Assembly (NCBI GenBank): GCA_964016885.1
Contig: OZ024746.1
Location: 33,666,001 to 33,730,000 of the forward strand
Source of the DNA: Eledone cirrhosa
Lineage: Eukaryota
Length of the DNA: 64,000 nt
Direction: 5' to 3'
In this document: one piece after another, positions 14,668-30,085 of the stretch
Numbering within the stretch: the stretch's first letter is position 1
Layout of the letters: each line of letters begins with the position of its first letter
Position numbers and translations under genes: made by a program
The notes under the pieces: generated by a model
The model's input: only the letters and a program-made list of their open reading frames with translations
What the model was told of the DNA's origin: nothing
Databases searched by the model: none

Positions 14668-17600
14668 TCAACAAAGCTGTTCTGGCGAAGATCGCGTCGA
14701 ACGCAGCGGATATGATGGTCAGTTGCAATATAAGTGAACCTCTGCCGAATAAATCAGTATGTCAGAACCAAAAGGGGTAAAATACTAAGGAAAATGGATC
14801 AATGTGTGACAATGTAACGTCCCCCCAAATCTCTTACAACCCAGTAATATAGCCATGAAGAGGCGAGTAAAGGCCAATTCTAAAAGACCCTAGCCTTCGG
14901 ATGTCTGAAAAAAAGTGCCAAATTGGTTACTAACGCGAATGTGTCCATCAATATACGTTAATATGGATAGACAGAACAAAGACAATTATGCCGATTCGCC
15001 CTTTGCACCGGATAACCACCCACGCAATGCTGCAGAATCTGTCGACGGTCCTGCAACAAGCCTTGGAAGGCTTGGGATAATAGCACACTGGTTAAGTAAC
15101 CAGAAACCAAATGAGGGTTCCGAAGGGGAAAACCTTGACAATTGGTAACTGGAGTGTTACTACCTTTGCAGGCAAGGATCAGAAACCAGTGGAGTATTTC
15201 AAATGCTAACAGCTATCTATTTAATCTGGGTTTCCTGAATACAGTTCAGGAATTTGGAAGTTTTGATTTGGAAGGAGAATGGAATGCACACTATTCAAGT
15301 GTGGCACCAAAAAAGACTGCATAGACGGAATTGGAGTTACTCACAAGCCCCTGGCTGTCAGAGTGTGTTATGAACTGGAACCAATTGGGAGGGAGTATTT
15401 GCCACCTAAAGCATTGGCTGAAAGAAAACGTTCTGTGAGTGGTACAAGTCTAAGCACCAAAGAGAGCTGGAATACAGATACTTCGTTATTAACATCACTG
15501 TATATTAATATAAGGTCGAGCGCAACGGTATAGCTCTTATTCTATTTTATTTGACCTTGTTTAGAATTTGACTTTTTACAAACTTATCATATTCTCCAAT
15601 GGCAGGATATTACCATCGATATGGAGATTCTGTCCATTCCTTCAGGATGTGATTTATTTATGCATGCATACATATTAGCGTGGAGTTGAAATATCTTACA
15701 CTATCTTACACTTATTGTTTTCTAGTTTCCTATAAGTCTTTCTTAGGGTGACAATTTATCACATTTTTTCCACACGGCCATTCGGATGTTCTATGCATAT
15801 GTAGCTGTATATTGCCTAATGTGATAACACATAATTTGAGATGGAATATATGGTAATTTCTTCCAGTAGATCAACTGACGATTTACATTCTTTCGCACGT
15901 TGATTTGTAGATTCTCTTGCACGTTGTTTGACAGAGATAATTCATTTCCAGAAGAAAGTATTCGATCCCTTGAATATAGCTCACTCGTGTGTTAGCAAGG
16001 ATTCACTCGCTGTCTCGCAAGGACCCCATGGTTAGCCGGCAGTGACATACCCGTTAAGTTCCACGTTAGTTACCAATACTCTCTTTGCTGCCTGTATTTA
16101 TATTTCTGTATTCCGAAATTATATGCGGGTGAAAGATGTTATTGCTATGTATCCATTGAATGCTGATAAACTAAATATCTTGTAATCAATTTTATCAATG
16201 ACATTCACTGAAAACGTATTTGAGTTTCGAATGTAATAATTGTCCTGTTAATGCATTCAGCAGTATATTCGTTAAGCTAAAGAATATAGATGTCTTATCT
16301 TATATTTACGTTGGTTAAAATTTTCAAAATTATATCTTTGTTTTCATGCATTCGGGAATGATAATATTAACTGTTAATTAAATATAATAAAATGTACGAA
16401 GTTTGTAACGTCGTGCCAATGTTAGAAAACATATGCATATACGATGCTAATAACAACGGGGAAAACATGAGCTCCCTCCTGTTATCGTTATTATTAGTTG
16501 AGTGAGTAAATAGATGCTGACTGCATAACTATAGAAGAGAAATTCATACTATTTTACATACACACTACTTCTAAATTCAATTATGACATAGAGGTTCAGG
16601 TTATTATGTTAAAACATTCAATAAACTGATTTAAAATTAACAAAAAGAGAAATACTGTAATAAATATAACGAAAGAAACAAAAACCAAACAGCTATATTG
16701 GAAAAGACCACAAAATAAAATAACAGCAGTAGTACAGATAAAATATATAAAAAAAAAATAATGGTATCAATGATTATAACCGAAACAGACAAACAACAAA
16801 TTCAATGATAGATGTCGCCATATGAAAACGCTATATAATACAAAATACCAAATAAATAATTAAAAATGAATGCCGCTAGCAATGATCGGCATGGGAATTT
16901 ATATGGAGTTAATTTTTATTCCTTAATTGTATTCAAAATAATCTAATTAAGTCATATTTCAGTATATGTTCAAAACATATATTCCGTACGGAAATCAGAA
17001 ATTTCAGACATAGATCGTCAAATTAATTTACTATGTGAAAGAAACGCACATTGCCATTTTGACACGATGGAGCCTTGTTGCCATTACATATCAAACCTTG
17101 TTAACATTTAGAACACATGTTAAACGACCGGTGGTTTATATTTATGTGATTAATATAGGAATATCACCTCCATTTGAATAGTATTTAGAGAGCTTCCCGA
17201 GGAAGCTTTCAATAGTGAATACAGGTTTTCCTTTATTATATCGTGCAGGACATGGCGATTATGATTGTGTCAATAAACAATACAATGGGATTAAATATCT
17301 GCAGCATTTTTGCACAGTCAATTTGGGGTTACTTCGGTAATTAAATACTAATAACGGCCACTTTTCAACAGCATAACTTGGTGTTCAGCATCTAATAATT
17401 CTCAAATATCTATCACCTGTCTTTCTGTCGGAAAGCATCACTCACTTATATATAATTTACACACCCAGGCACATGCACACGCACTCACGCACAAACACAC
17501 ACACATGCACGCCCGCACACGCACTCACACACACACACGTGTGTAAGTGTGTTTCGATTCATACATGTAAATACATGTCTTAGCTGTTATACAAATGCCG

Positions 17601-18664
17601 CGTGTGTGAGTCTAAACGCATGCAACCCGATGGATTGTTTTCTTTTTTCAGAGTGGACTTTCCTGAAGTATGACAAATATTCCGATACAACCATGTTTGT
17701 GCTACAACATCGAAGTATGTCCTACCAGGTTTCCAAGTTTCAATAAAGCCGATATATCAGCAATAACGAAGCATTCTGAGACGTCCATTTGGAAAACGGG
17801 TATATTTTAAAGCCCTAAATACAGACCAACGAGCAATAGCACCAATAAAGACAATTTTACTAACATATCTTTTACACCTGTAGAACTGACAGCTTTGCAA
17901 GAACTTTACTCTATGGACACATACCATTCTACGGCAACCTTGATAGACAGAGTGGAAAATACACCCGACGAAAAGAATGAGGTCCAGTAGATAACTATCC
18001 TGAAATTCGTAAGGGGGCAACACTAAACATTTTTGGCAAGAGCACCTTGGCCACGATTATATGTATATATATATATAAACATAGAAGAGAGACGGAGAAA
18101 AATCAAAGCTACTTTTTGTTCTCTTATGTTTTTAATTGACTTTAGCGACGTTCGATATACGTTTAACATAAGTTTAAAACACCTAAGGTTTGAACATATA
18201 TCGATCCAGGCAAATAACATAGATTTCTTTTATATATTAGGAGATAAGATGTATTGCAAAAATTCATATATATACGAGAAAGAAAATTTGGGAGAGGCGG
18301 GACTCGAAACCAGGAATGAAATAGTTATTCATCTGCAATCGATTCACATTTGGTCAATAATCTAACCATCTAAAATTTGGAGCAGATATTAGATAGCAAT
18401 ATTTAAATAAGACTACAGCTAAAGCTATGAAAGTCTATAGTTAAACCGAATTTTAAGACACCATGCTGCGTCAATCATGTTAGATTAAAAACCTAATTTA
18501 AGAATTCATATTTTATAAGTCATACACTATTTGTGAACGTGGATAATCATGTCTTACACATTCGCTTATATGCTTCCATTTTACTATACAAACATACCCA
18601 CTCGCACACACATACACATACATAAACACACACATACACACACACTCATATACCCACACACGTG

Positions 18665-18695
<31 letters not shown>

Positions 18696-18696
18696 G

Positions 18697-18749
<53 letters not shown>

Positions 18750-18835
18750 CATATATATATATACATATATATATTTAAATGCGATTATCTATCTATCTAT
18801 CGATATATCTTTTTATCTATCTATCTATCTATCTA

Positions 18836-18963
<128 letters not shown>

Positions 18964-19082
18964 CAGAGGGAGGAGTGACAAAGAGAAATGAGAGATATTT
19001 CCCTCACGATATTTTTGGCTGCCTCATACACTCGTGTTTATTTCCAGCATATGTTTCGTCTCTGTGTTTCATATCCGCTTGC

Positions 19083-19192
<110 letters not shown>

Positions 19193-19213
19193 TTTTGAGT
19201 ATATGTTGGTTGT

Positions 19214-19305
<92 letters not shown>

Positions 19306-19682
19306 ATATGTATATACAATATATATAACACTGGCGTTATCAATATTGGCGTAATTATGCTAGTGCAATATTAATTATGTATATGACAATGCTTTTGATG
19401 TAGTATTCTCAATAGATGGCGCCAACAAGTCTGCTATTAGTCTTTGTGAAGAGACCCTATAAACCACAACTGTGTGTGTCCTATTGGAGCATAAAATATC
19501 ATATTGCACCCCTACCCGTCAACACACAAGTGCAATATACAAAACATCACAGTTTAAAACACATTTCATAAAATGTTAAAGTGTTATCTTTTAGTAAATG
19601 AATACATGCATTGATACGTACCAACATAGAATTATGTTTACATGCATTCAAAGAAACTCACACACACATATCTATGTATGTG

Positions 19683-19774
<92 letters not shown>

Positions 19775-19949
19775 TGGAGTGTGAGAGAGATACATACTTA
19801 TATAATACACACACACACATATATAGGGATGTGTCTATGTCTGTATGTCTCTTTCTCACACACACGCACACACACACACATATATAAATATATATATATT
19901 TATTTATTTATATGTGTGTATGTGTGAGAGGGAGAGAGAGAGAGAGTGG

Positions 19950-20041
<92 letters not shown>

Positions 20042-20374
20042 GAGAGATTAAATGCGGATATATTCATTCATAAAAATAAATGTACTATTAAGTATACATG
20101 TTTTCATTGGTGTCTACAACAAGACATGCAAATCAACAGCACATTTTGTGAATATATAAACACACCATCAAAGACAATTACACAAGCACTCAACCAATTT
20201 TTTAAATGTACGTACATATATATATGCGCCCGTATATATGTACAAATATATTTACTCACAGAGACAGAAAGGTACATCCATGTATAGTTATATCTTTGTA
20301 TACCTACTCTATACACACACATACACACGCCCCCGCCCAAAATATATATATATTATATATTATATATATATATA

Positions 20375-20420
<46 letters not shown>

Positions 20421-20541
20421 TATATGCATGTATACACACATATACATATGTGTGTATGTGAATATAGGCGGCTAAATTCTATGCATTCACATTGGAAATT
20501 TGTAATATTTCAAAGCAAATCCTATTATATTAATTTCCTTC

Positions 20542-20587
<46 letters not shown>

Positions 20588-21032
20588 AGAGAGAGAGGGA
20601 GACTGTGCGTGTGTGTGTGTGTGTGAGGGAGAGAGAATCCTTTGGCATTATATCCCTTCCTCTAAATGTCACACTTAAATTCTCCTCCCACTCTCCATTC
20701 TTCTTCTCTCGCATTATTTCCTTTCTTTTTTTATACCTCCTTTCATATTCACACACCATCAGCCACCAAACAATACAAACGACCAAAACAAAGAACCACA
20801 GAAAACCCCAATATAATGTAATTTTTTTTTTATATTTAAACCTATCCGTGATATCTCCCATCATTAACATAACACGCCTCTGGTGAGCTTTTCAATACAG
20901 TTCCGGGCCAGATCGATATAGATCAAACCTTGAGCTGACCAATATTGTAACGGGCGTCACACCTGAATAAACATAATGATGATACTCTGACATCTCATTC
21001 CTACTGATTCTAATAGTATCACCCTCCCACTG

Positions 21033-21279
21033 CAAGGTGGTCGTGTAGGTGCCACGGCAAAAAAGCACCCAGCCCACACTGTAAAGTGGACGTGTAGGCG
21101 CCACGGAAAAAAAACCCAGCACTGAGGTTGGTGTTAGGAAGGGCATCCAGCTGTAGAAATCAAGCCAAAATCAGTTCCTGTATGAGCAAGGCATGGTCAG
21201 CCGACCAGACACTGCCCAGAACAGGAAAAACCCGTCTAACCCATGCTAGCATGGAAGAACGGACGTAAAACGATGATGA

Positions 21280-21283
<4 letters not shown>
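21033..21283 (+). mobile_element. SINE/LINE 3' end with RTE-type tail
   Basis: ttggtgttaggaagggcatccagctgtagaaa...aacccatgctagcatggaagaacggacgtaaaacgatgatgatgat; (GAT)n terminus; resembles octopus repeats (from recall). Confidence 0.7.
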
Positions 21284-21320
<37 letters not shown>

Positions 21321-21409
21321 TAACAGATTAAAGTTTAAGCAAAGAATCGCTGCTTTCTGGATTTTTGTCTTCAAATTTATTATTATTGCCATATATATAT
21401 ATATATATA

Positions 21410-21507
<98 letters not shown>

Positions 21508-22805
21508 TGTATGTGTGTGTGTGTGTGTGTGTGTGTCTCCGATGGTACATAAGATGCTTCCATAAGCGGTATGCCGGTTGAGCACTCTATTCTCTTACAG
21601 AGCAGAGTATAATATATTATAAATAGTATATATATAATATAAAACGAAAAAATCAGTGATGCATCTGAACTCAATTTATTGTGTGTTACAATTGTTTCGC
21701 CGGCGGACAGCTCGAGACGCGTTTATTGTGTGGATCTGCAGGGAAGATGCCTAACGAAGGGCCTGGTATATAAATGTGTGGTTAGCACGCACAATATAAA
21801 GCGTACCTACATCGGCGCAACATCCACGATCTTTAAATCGCGGATGTATAACCACACAAACTCTTTCAAGGACCGGAGCAAGAGGCACTCTATTAGGCTG
21901 GCGGACCTGGTGTGGGACTTGAAAGAGAAAGGCACCCCTGAACGGTATGCCCTCAACTGGAGTATCGTTCGGCATGCGAATGCATATTCGGCTGGAAAGA
22001 AAGTGTAGGCTGCCTATCCGAGGCCATGGAGATAGTCAGACTGAAGGACGATGCGGTCAGCCTGAAATGGGAAATAATCATGAGGTGCAGACACCAGAAA
22101 AGGTGCACACTCTTCGCATGGAATCTACCGGGCAGCCCAAGCTAAAGGCATGCGGCGGAGCGCACGCCGACCAGAACGGCGAAACGGTTTCAAGGGATCA
22201 GACACCATACCCTGTTGACTATATAATCCCAGTGGGGTAAGACGAAATAACCCAGGATGCCTACCAGACTCTGCACGTCACCCTAGGCAAAAGCATCGCC
22301 TGAGCCGGGACAATTTGACGGGGATTCCATTGATATTCCGTCAATCGACTTACACCAATAAGACACTATACCTAAACCACAGTGACATACTCCAGTATGG
22401 TCAGCGTTCCACCCCCACCCCCTGCATGTGTATCTTTTCAGTAGAGAGTGCACACTCTCCACGCATTCCATTTTGTAACACCTAATGTGGCCTCCGTATA
22501 CAGACCCACGTGTGTATCTCATACTTCTCTTGTGTACTATCTCATATGCATACACGTTCCTTTTTTTTAATATATATTCTGCACGCATTTTCTGTGTACG
22601 GTCTGCGCATACTACTTACTGTAATACCATGAACGCCCATTATGTGGCTTTGCGTGAAGATTCCATACGTGGGTTGATCCATGTTCGCAATGTAACAACA
22701 TCGCTGTAGGCACATATAACAAGATGCACCCTATCATATATAGCCCACTGTGTATCTTCATGTGCCGTTATATGTATATTTTTTTTTTCATATATTTTAA
22801 TATTT

Positions 22806-22838
<33 letters not shown>

Positions 22839-23454
22839 ATGTATGTATTTTTTTATATATGTATATTTTTATAACAAGATGCATCCTTTCATGTATGACA
22901 CATTGTGTATCTTTATATGACTTTGTGTGTATATTCTTTTTATGTATATATATATATATATAAATTTTATATATATATATATTTTTTTTCTTTCTAATAT
23001 TTTTTTCTTTCTAATACCTTTTTTTTCTTTCTAATATCTTTTCTTTATAATTTATCGTTATTATATTTTTATAAATATATCGAGACTGATACTTTTCTTT
23101 TAATTATTACACTCCCTTACCTCCTTTCTTTCCGCACATAAGTGTACGAGTGTCCAGGCGTTTTATGCGCGCGCTTTCACATTCATATATTTACGATGTA
23201 ACCATTTCTGTCTGTATAATACAGACATATAGATACATTTGCCCTAAATTTTAGAATTACGCACACTTTCTCACTATACATATACATGTGCGCATATACA
23301 TATATGCACATCTGTGAGCGTATATACATACATACACACACACCTAACTATATTTCTTGATAGATTTTTATATATTTCAATTTCTATTTCATTTATCTAT
23401 ATCTTTTTTTGATTTTCTTGATGTGTTTTTCTAAGTATTTACCCATGTTTTATA

Positions 23455-23530
23455 TTGCCTCGTCTGACGAACGAATGAAGTCGTTTATTTCGTATTCGCC
23501 TCATTCGAGAGACCTCTGGTAATGAGGTAA
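23455..23530 (+). ncRNA. Type I hammerhead (GAAA mutated to GAGA), probably from a nested PLE end at about 22960-23630
   Basis: 9-bp stem I ttgcctcgt/atgaggtaa; CTGACGA; stem II cgaatga/tcattcg; cc-tct-gg-TA. Confidence 0.75.
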
Positions 23531-23628
23531 TTATATTGTATTGATTTTTATACATTAAATTTTGCTCTGATACTTACATAGAGCACTCTTCATTTCTATG
23601 ACCTTTTCTGTTTCCAACGGAAATTTCA

Positions 23629-23681
<53 letters not shown>

Positions 23682-24321
23682 GCGTGCGTGGGTGTGTATA
23701 TCAATATGCGCATATTTGTAAAAGTGTATATGAGCCAGTGTGTGTGTGAGTGTATACAAGCACCCATGTAGGGAAAGGGCTTGTTTGTGTGTATATATGT
23801 GTGTTTGCGAGCGAGTGTGTATCTGTGTGTGTATATATGTATACGGGTACGTGTATATATGTGTGTGCGTGGCTGGAGGGGGGGGGTCTATGTATATGTC
23901 TGTACGTGTTTGTGTGTGCTGGTATATATACGCGTATGCATGTGTGTATGTATGTTGATGTATATAGGCATGTGGGCATGTGTCTGTGTATGTACGTGAC
24001 TGTGGATGCATGTATGCGAATGTTTATATGTTTATATGTTCTCCTTAAATGTGTGTGTATAGCGGGCGTCTATGCCTTCGACTGTCATTATCTATGTGCT
24101 TGTGTGTGTGCGCGCGTGGATGTGTGAACTACCAAACACACCAGTGATTTATTGAATGTAGCAGAAATGTGACAGCTAACGCCCTGAGGGTCAGTGGACT
24201 GGTACCTGTGGTCAGAATTATGATGACGTAGACAACCAGCGGCCAATCACAGGACGCGCGAAGGGGATGAAGTTTTTGACGGGACTGGCCCAGAGGGTCA
24301 GATTTCCCGAAATCATTATAC

Positions 24322-24409
24322 GTGTCCGTCGAACCTGCGCGTCCAGAATCAGACAGACCCACACAATGATCGCGTCTCGAGCTGTTCGCCGGCGAAACAA
24401 ATGTAACAC
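24322..24409 (+). ncRNA. Degenerate hammerhead in the pLTR
   Basis: gtgt-CCGTCGA-...cgccggc-GAAA-caaatg-TA-acac then aataaa; the inverted copy has intact caattg. Confidence 0.6.
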
Positions 24410-24451
24410 ACAATAAATTGAGTTCAGATGCATCACTGATTTTTCGTTTTC

Positions 24452-24547
<96 letters not shown>

Positions 24548-25214
24548 TGTAAATCGGACTTCAACTGTAGTACAGCATGTACAATTCGAATTGCATTCAG
24601 GCAATCACAGAGCGCTCAATGGATCGAAATTTAAAAGCAAACGTCCAGATTTAAACATTGTAGTTAAAACATGTGACACCAAGAGAACCGATCGAAGGCA
24701 CAAACTATACATACAACAAAATAACGATATATACAAAATATACGTTCAAATGCCCACACATACACACACAAGTGTGTGTGTTTGTGTATGTGGATGTGTA
24801 TATATAATTATATATAAGGGTGAGTAAGCCCAAACAAGCTTATCTAACGTAATATTTTTTCCTATAATTTTCTCTTCTATCTATCGTAAAACTTCTTCTT
24901 TATTCTCCTAACTCTCGTGCTTTCTACTGGTGAGTCCTGTCCGACAGAATAAGACATACTTCTTACTATATCAAAGACTTAACTAATAAATAACATTTCC
25001 TACATCTTATAAATTCGCTTCTTCGGCGTTTAATAGGTTCAAAAGTTCGTGCTTCACACACGACTTTTGTATATATATATATAAGTATGTGTGTGTGTTT
25101 ATGTGTGTGTATGTGTGTGTGTGTATGTTTGTATGTATGTGTATGTGCATGTGTGTGTGTGTGCGTGTGTGTGTGCGCGTGGGTGGGTGTGTTTGTATGT
25201 GTGTGTGTATAGAA

Positions 25215-25565
25215 ATGTCTGTGAGAGTGGAAAAGGAAACAAGAAAAGTTCTCAATCGAGAAGTGAGCTGATATACTATGTTATTTATTTATGATCAGAA
25301 CAAAGCGCTATCTAAGGTCTCAAAGCCCACAATAGACCATATCTCCAGAAATTTAGAGAGATCAAAATCGACATAAGCTACAAGCGTAATATACGTAAAG
25401 TAGCGTTTTTAAGCCCTTTACGTTTAACGGTATCTCATAAAAGATTATAAGCGCCTGAAGAGGTCAGAATTTTTATCCTTCTTACACTTTGGAGATATGG
25501 TCAATATCAGGCCTTGAAACCTTAGGTAGCGCCTTTGTTCCCTGTACGAACATAAATAAATAATG
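25215..25565. mobile_element. Old fold-back PLE end with hammerhead at 25451-25532(+)
   Basis: gcgc-CTGAAGA-ggtc...aggcctt-GAAA-cc-tta-gg-TA-gcgc; about 25280-25355 is a diverged inverted copy of 25480-25560. Confidence 0.65.
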
Positions 25566-25682
25566 TTTATACATACATACAAACAAACAAACATACATAT
25601 ATACATACATACACACACATACATACACACACACACACACACGTATATATATATACATATACATATATATATATTTATTTAT

Positions 25683-26371
25683 TTAGGTTTGTTGGTTCAC
25701 CACTGGATAGAACTGGTCATTCCGTATGGTCAACCTCGATATAATATTATGGAGTGCACTCAACGTAATGCAACTCACTCTTCTTCATTTATGTAGTTGG
25801 TGGTGCGAGTACGGAGATAATTATTATAAAATAACAGGAGGCTAGACTGGTGTAATTGCTTAAAAGGTTTATTATACTATGATCATTTCAATGACCGGAT
25901 TCACTATGAATCCAGTGACATCATGAGGTATTAGAAATATAACAAAGGAATATAATAGACAAAATCCATGGGGGTGAAAATCAGAGACATGAGGGCGACC
26001 GAACATTTAGCAGCGTCTACCCCGGCCGCCCTCAAGTGGTGATTATTGGGCCTACTAATGTCCATCTGGTGAAGGGGACATTATAGTGTACTACTACCAC
26101 CCGTGAAAGTCAGAGGCCAGCGTTGAGATCAGGTTACAATCAAGCTGGTCATGGGTGCCGCGAAAGTGCCGCGAAAAATATCTTTTCAAAGAACATATAT
26201 CTTTAACAAAGCTATATATAGTAATATATAGTGGGCATCTGCATGGTATAATGTATGGACAGAAATTACGATTAACAATTAGAAACGTTAAATTTATGTT
26301 TAGAGGTAGAAGATGCCATTTAAGATGAAATTAGAAAAATAAGGTTAAGGTTAGTCCAGCTTCCTGTTATT

Positions 26372-26375
<4 letters not shown>
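25683..26375 (-). mobile_element. PLE-type 3' end with mutated hammerhead (25874-25931, core CTCATGA) and tail
   Basis: homologous to 10490-11212; GAAA-T-GATC-A-TA-gtat-aataaa retained. Confidence 0.65.
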
Positions 26376-26402
<27 letters not shown>

Positions 26403-26406
26403 CTCA

Positions 26407-26479
<73 letters not shown>

Positions 26480-26493
26480 TGTGTGTGTGTGTG

Positions 26494-26524
<31 letters not shown>

Positions 26525-27022
26525 GCGTGTGTGTATATATATATATATTTACACACGTTTATATATACCTATGTATTTGTGAATATTGAAGTATGTAAAG
26601 TAGGAAATGATGAAAATTCAAATTGATTGTTATATCTGTCAGAGAAAATGTATGTATGTATATATATATATGAATGCTTCACATTTGTGTTATATTTTTC
26701 TGTTACCATACATTTACGAGTGGCATCCCATTTGGCAATTATTTCAACTTGCAAGACAATATTAACGACTAATGGCTTCATCATACTTTTTGTTTCAAAT
26801 CATATGTATTTAATAATGGCTGCTTTCTACGCTTTATTTTTGTATTGTTGAATTTTTAATGTTATAGTTTTTGTTTTACTTTTCTAAATATTGTAAGTCT
26901 GGAGTGGGTTTTGTAGTTGCTATCTTACTTTGCTCCTGAAATGGAAGACAGTTCGAAAACAATATAGTCAAAGAGTCTATGCGAGATGATATGGCTTCCC
27001 CTTCTGTAGTGGATGTATATAA

Positions 27023-27122
<100 letters not shown>

Positions 27123-27191
27123 GTAAAACAATATAATACGTCATTATTTAGAGCGGTAAAAAACAATTACACGCAAAGACAAAACCACGTT

Positions 27192-28388
27192 TATGGTATA
27201 AAAGAAGTCGTAGACTAATATTCTCTTAGGTGGTTCATAGAGACGTTCTCTGGCAATGAACGGAAAAAACGAAGATAATACGCCATATATGGAGCGGAGA
27301 GAACAATATCACGCAAAGACAAAACCACGTAAATGGTATAACTGAAGTCGTAGACTAAAATTCTAACTAGAAAACCGAATGATTCTCGGCTTCAGAGTTA
27401 AGAATAAAGTAAATAAAATACAGAGGTAAATGAAATTAAATAAATACATACACGCATCCATATACGTACATACACAATCATACGCGAAAACACTCGCCAT
27501 AGGTATACAAATACACGCACGTACACAAAAACAAAAAAACACAAAAAAAAACAAACAAACTGCACGCACATACAGATCTCACGCAAATCCTGTACCCACA
27601 CGCATACGAATGTATACACCAAATACACAAACTTATATAAAAAAAATATATATATATATGTGTGTTTGTGTGCGTATAGATATAATTAAATAAACGTATA
27701 TAAATAAATAAATACGTATATAACAAGCGCACACACATACCTACATGTTGGTATGTGTGTGCGCTTGTTATATACGTATTATAATTATATGTATACACGA
27801 GGTTAACTTTGCCTTTCATCCTTACGGGGTCGATAAAATAAAGTACCAGTAATACACTGGATTTATTGCTGGCCTTGTGCCAAAAGTAGAAACAATTATA
27901 ATTATATGTATACACGCACACACACACACATATATATATATATAATTATATATTTTTTTTTTATATATATTTTTATGTGTATTTGGTGTATACATTCGTA
28001 TGCGTGCGGGTCGAGACGTTGCGTGGGTTCTGTATGTACGTGGAGTTTTTTTAATGTACGTGCGTGTATTTGCATACCTATGGTGAGTCTTTTCGCGTAT
28101 GCTCGTGTATGTACGTATATGGATGCGTGTATGTATTTATTTAATTTCATTTAGCTCTGTATTTTATTTACTTTATTCTTAACTCTGAAGCGGAGAATCA
28201 TTCGGTTTTCTAGTTAGAATTTTAGTCTACGACTTCAGTTATACCATTTACGTGGTTTTGTCTTTGCGTGCTATTGTTCTCTCCGCTCCACGCATGACGT
28301 ATTATCTTTGTTTTTTCCGTTCATTGCCAGACAACGTCTCTATGAACCACCTAAGAGAATATTAGTCTACGACTTCTTTTATACCATA
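27192..28388. repeat. About 1.2-kb imperfect palindrome centred near 27745, followed by a degenerate hammerhead at 28509-28557
   Basis: 27192-27660 is the reverse complement of about 27950-28388; central hairpin taacaagcgcacacacatacc..ggtatgtgtgtgcgcttgtta; 28533-28575 recurs inverted at 21316-21356. Confidence 0.85.
27800..27894 (+). mobile_element. 5'-truncated tRNA-SINE with 22-bp TSD
   Basis: aggttaactttgcctttcatccttacggggtcgataaaataaagtaccagt matches 63052 onward; TSD attataattatatgtatacacg on both sides. Confidence 0.9.
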
Positions 28389-28569
28389 TCACTTCTCCAA
28401 ATAATGACGTGTTATATTCGTTTTTTACACTTCTTTGCCAGGGAACGTTTCCACGAACCAAAGTATCGTCTTCCGGTTGCAACGTTTTTTGAAAGATTGA
28501 CTTTGTTAGTTTCAGAAGATCCCGTTAAGAGTGAAAGCAGCGATTCTTTGCTTCAACTTTAATCTGTTA

Positions 28570-28640
<71 letters not shown>

Positions 28641-29797
28641 CAAAATAGTACTGGTAATACGAAACATTATGAGATATGTAATAAAAGAACGACACGTTTT
28701 AAAAAGCCGGTAATATGTAGAATATATATATAGTACAAATAAAACAAAACAATGTAATGTTTTACACAGTTGACTTCACCATAATATTTCAGCGCTAATC
28801 GCAGTTTTCAAACACTCCGGTATTCACATAATGATATCACGGCAAGTGGAAGTCGTCCATCGATTTCATACTCCTGCAGAATCTTCCACAACAGGTCCCA
28901 TGTAACGTAGCCGTGTGTTCGTTTTCAATGTCTACGAAGCAAGAACACACGTTTTGGCAGTAGCCCCACTATTACTCAAACACCTACACTATTGTGAATA
29001 TGTACTTGTCTGTGCTCAGCTACTCGACATCCTTCTTACATCTATTTGCCAGACACTTAGCATAGATTTTACCGGAGAAGCTTAATGAGGAGATCTCACT
29101 ATAATTGGAGAAATCTCTCTTGTCACCCTTTTTGAAAATTGGGATTATCGCTACCGATTGCCATTTCTTAGATTCCTTTTCAGAGATTCATGTCCCCCAA
29201 CGCACCGCAGTCAACCAGAGAATATGTCCTCTCGCTATAGCTTTGAAATCAATAAACAGATAGAAAAAAAATGTTTGCAAACAATATTAATTATGGCTTC
29301 ATATTAATTATGCTGCCATTTTTGCCTTAAAGTTTTTTGTTCATGGGTTTGGTCAACGAAGGTTTTACTTTAAGAAGCTGTAGCAGGCTTGCTGCATAGG
29401 TAATTTTTTATTGTTTTTGAGTATTTTCAGAGAATAATTATACTGAAAATGCACAAATTTCAATGTATTCAACTGTTAGTGTGAGACGCTATATTCTCGA
29501 TCAACACCATCTTATATTAAGATTAATAAACACGTAATAAATAGGAAAAGATAATGATAAATGAGTTTCAATTATTAACTTTGAGAAACGAAGGATATAA
29601 TATAATTATTACAAAATTGTTATTATTAAAATAAATGACCACTTAGGATATTTAATATATTGTTCGCTATGAATGTAACGAACGTATTATTTATCACGAT
29701 AAATACGCTCGCACACACACACCTAAGTGTGTGTTTGTGCACGCGTGAGTGTATGTGCAGGAGTAGACAGAAGTACATCCACATATATTCACGCATA

Positions 29798-29849
<52 letters not shown>

Positions 29850-29867
29850 TTTATGTATGTTTGAATA

Positions 29868-29914
<47 letters not shown>

Positions 29915-29981
29915 GTTTATGTATGTATGTATATATATATATATATATAAGTATATATATATATATATATATGTATGTATA

Positions 29982-30012
<31 letters not shown>

Positions 30013-30013
30013 G

Positions 30014-30085
<72 letters not shown>

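Larger units (their letters stand above)
21536..24455 (+). mobile_element. Penelope-like element with GIY-YIG fragment and inverted pLTR ends (21640-21740 vs 24355-24455)
   Basis: 21740-22110 GRCLTKGLVYKCVV...TYIGATSTIFKSRMYNH...LNWSIVRHANAY (frameshifted CRLC follows); terminal inverted copies; tail abuts (CA)n. Confidence 0.8.

Noticed and set aside
17549-18060. Exon-like segment after a ttttttcag acceptor
   Set aside because: All three frames close within a short distance and no motif was recognised.
28700-29520. Possible piggyBac-like relic on the minus strand (GVDR-like and Cys-rich bits)
   Set aside because: Too degraded; no TIR, TTAA boundary or continuous frame could be established by eye.
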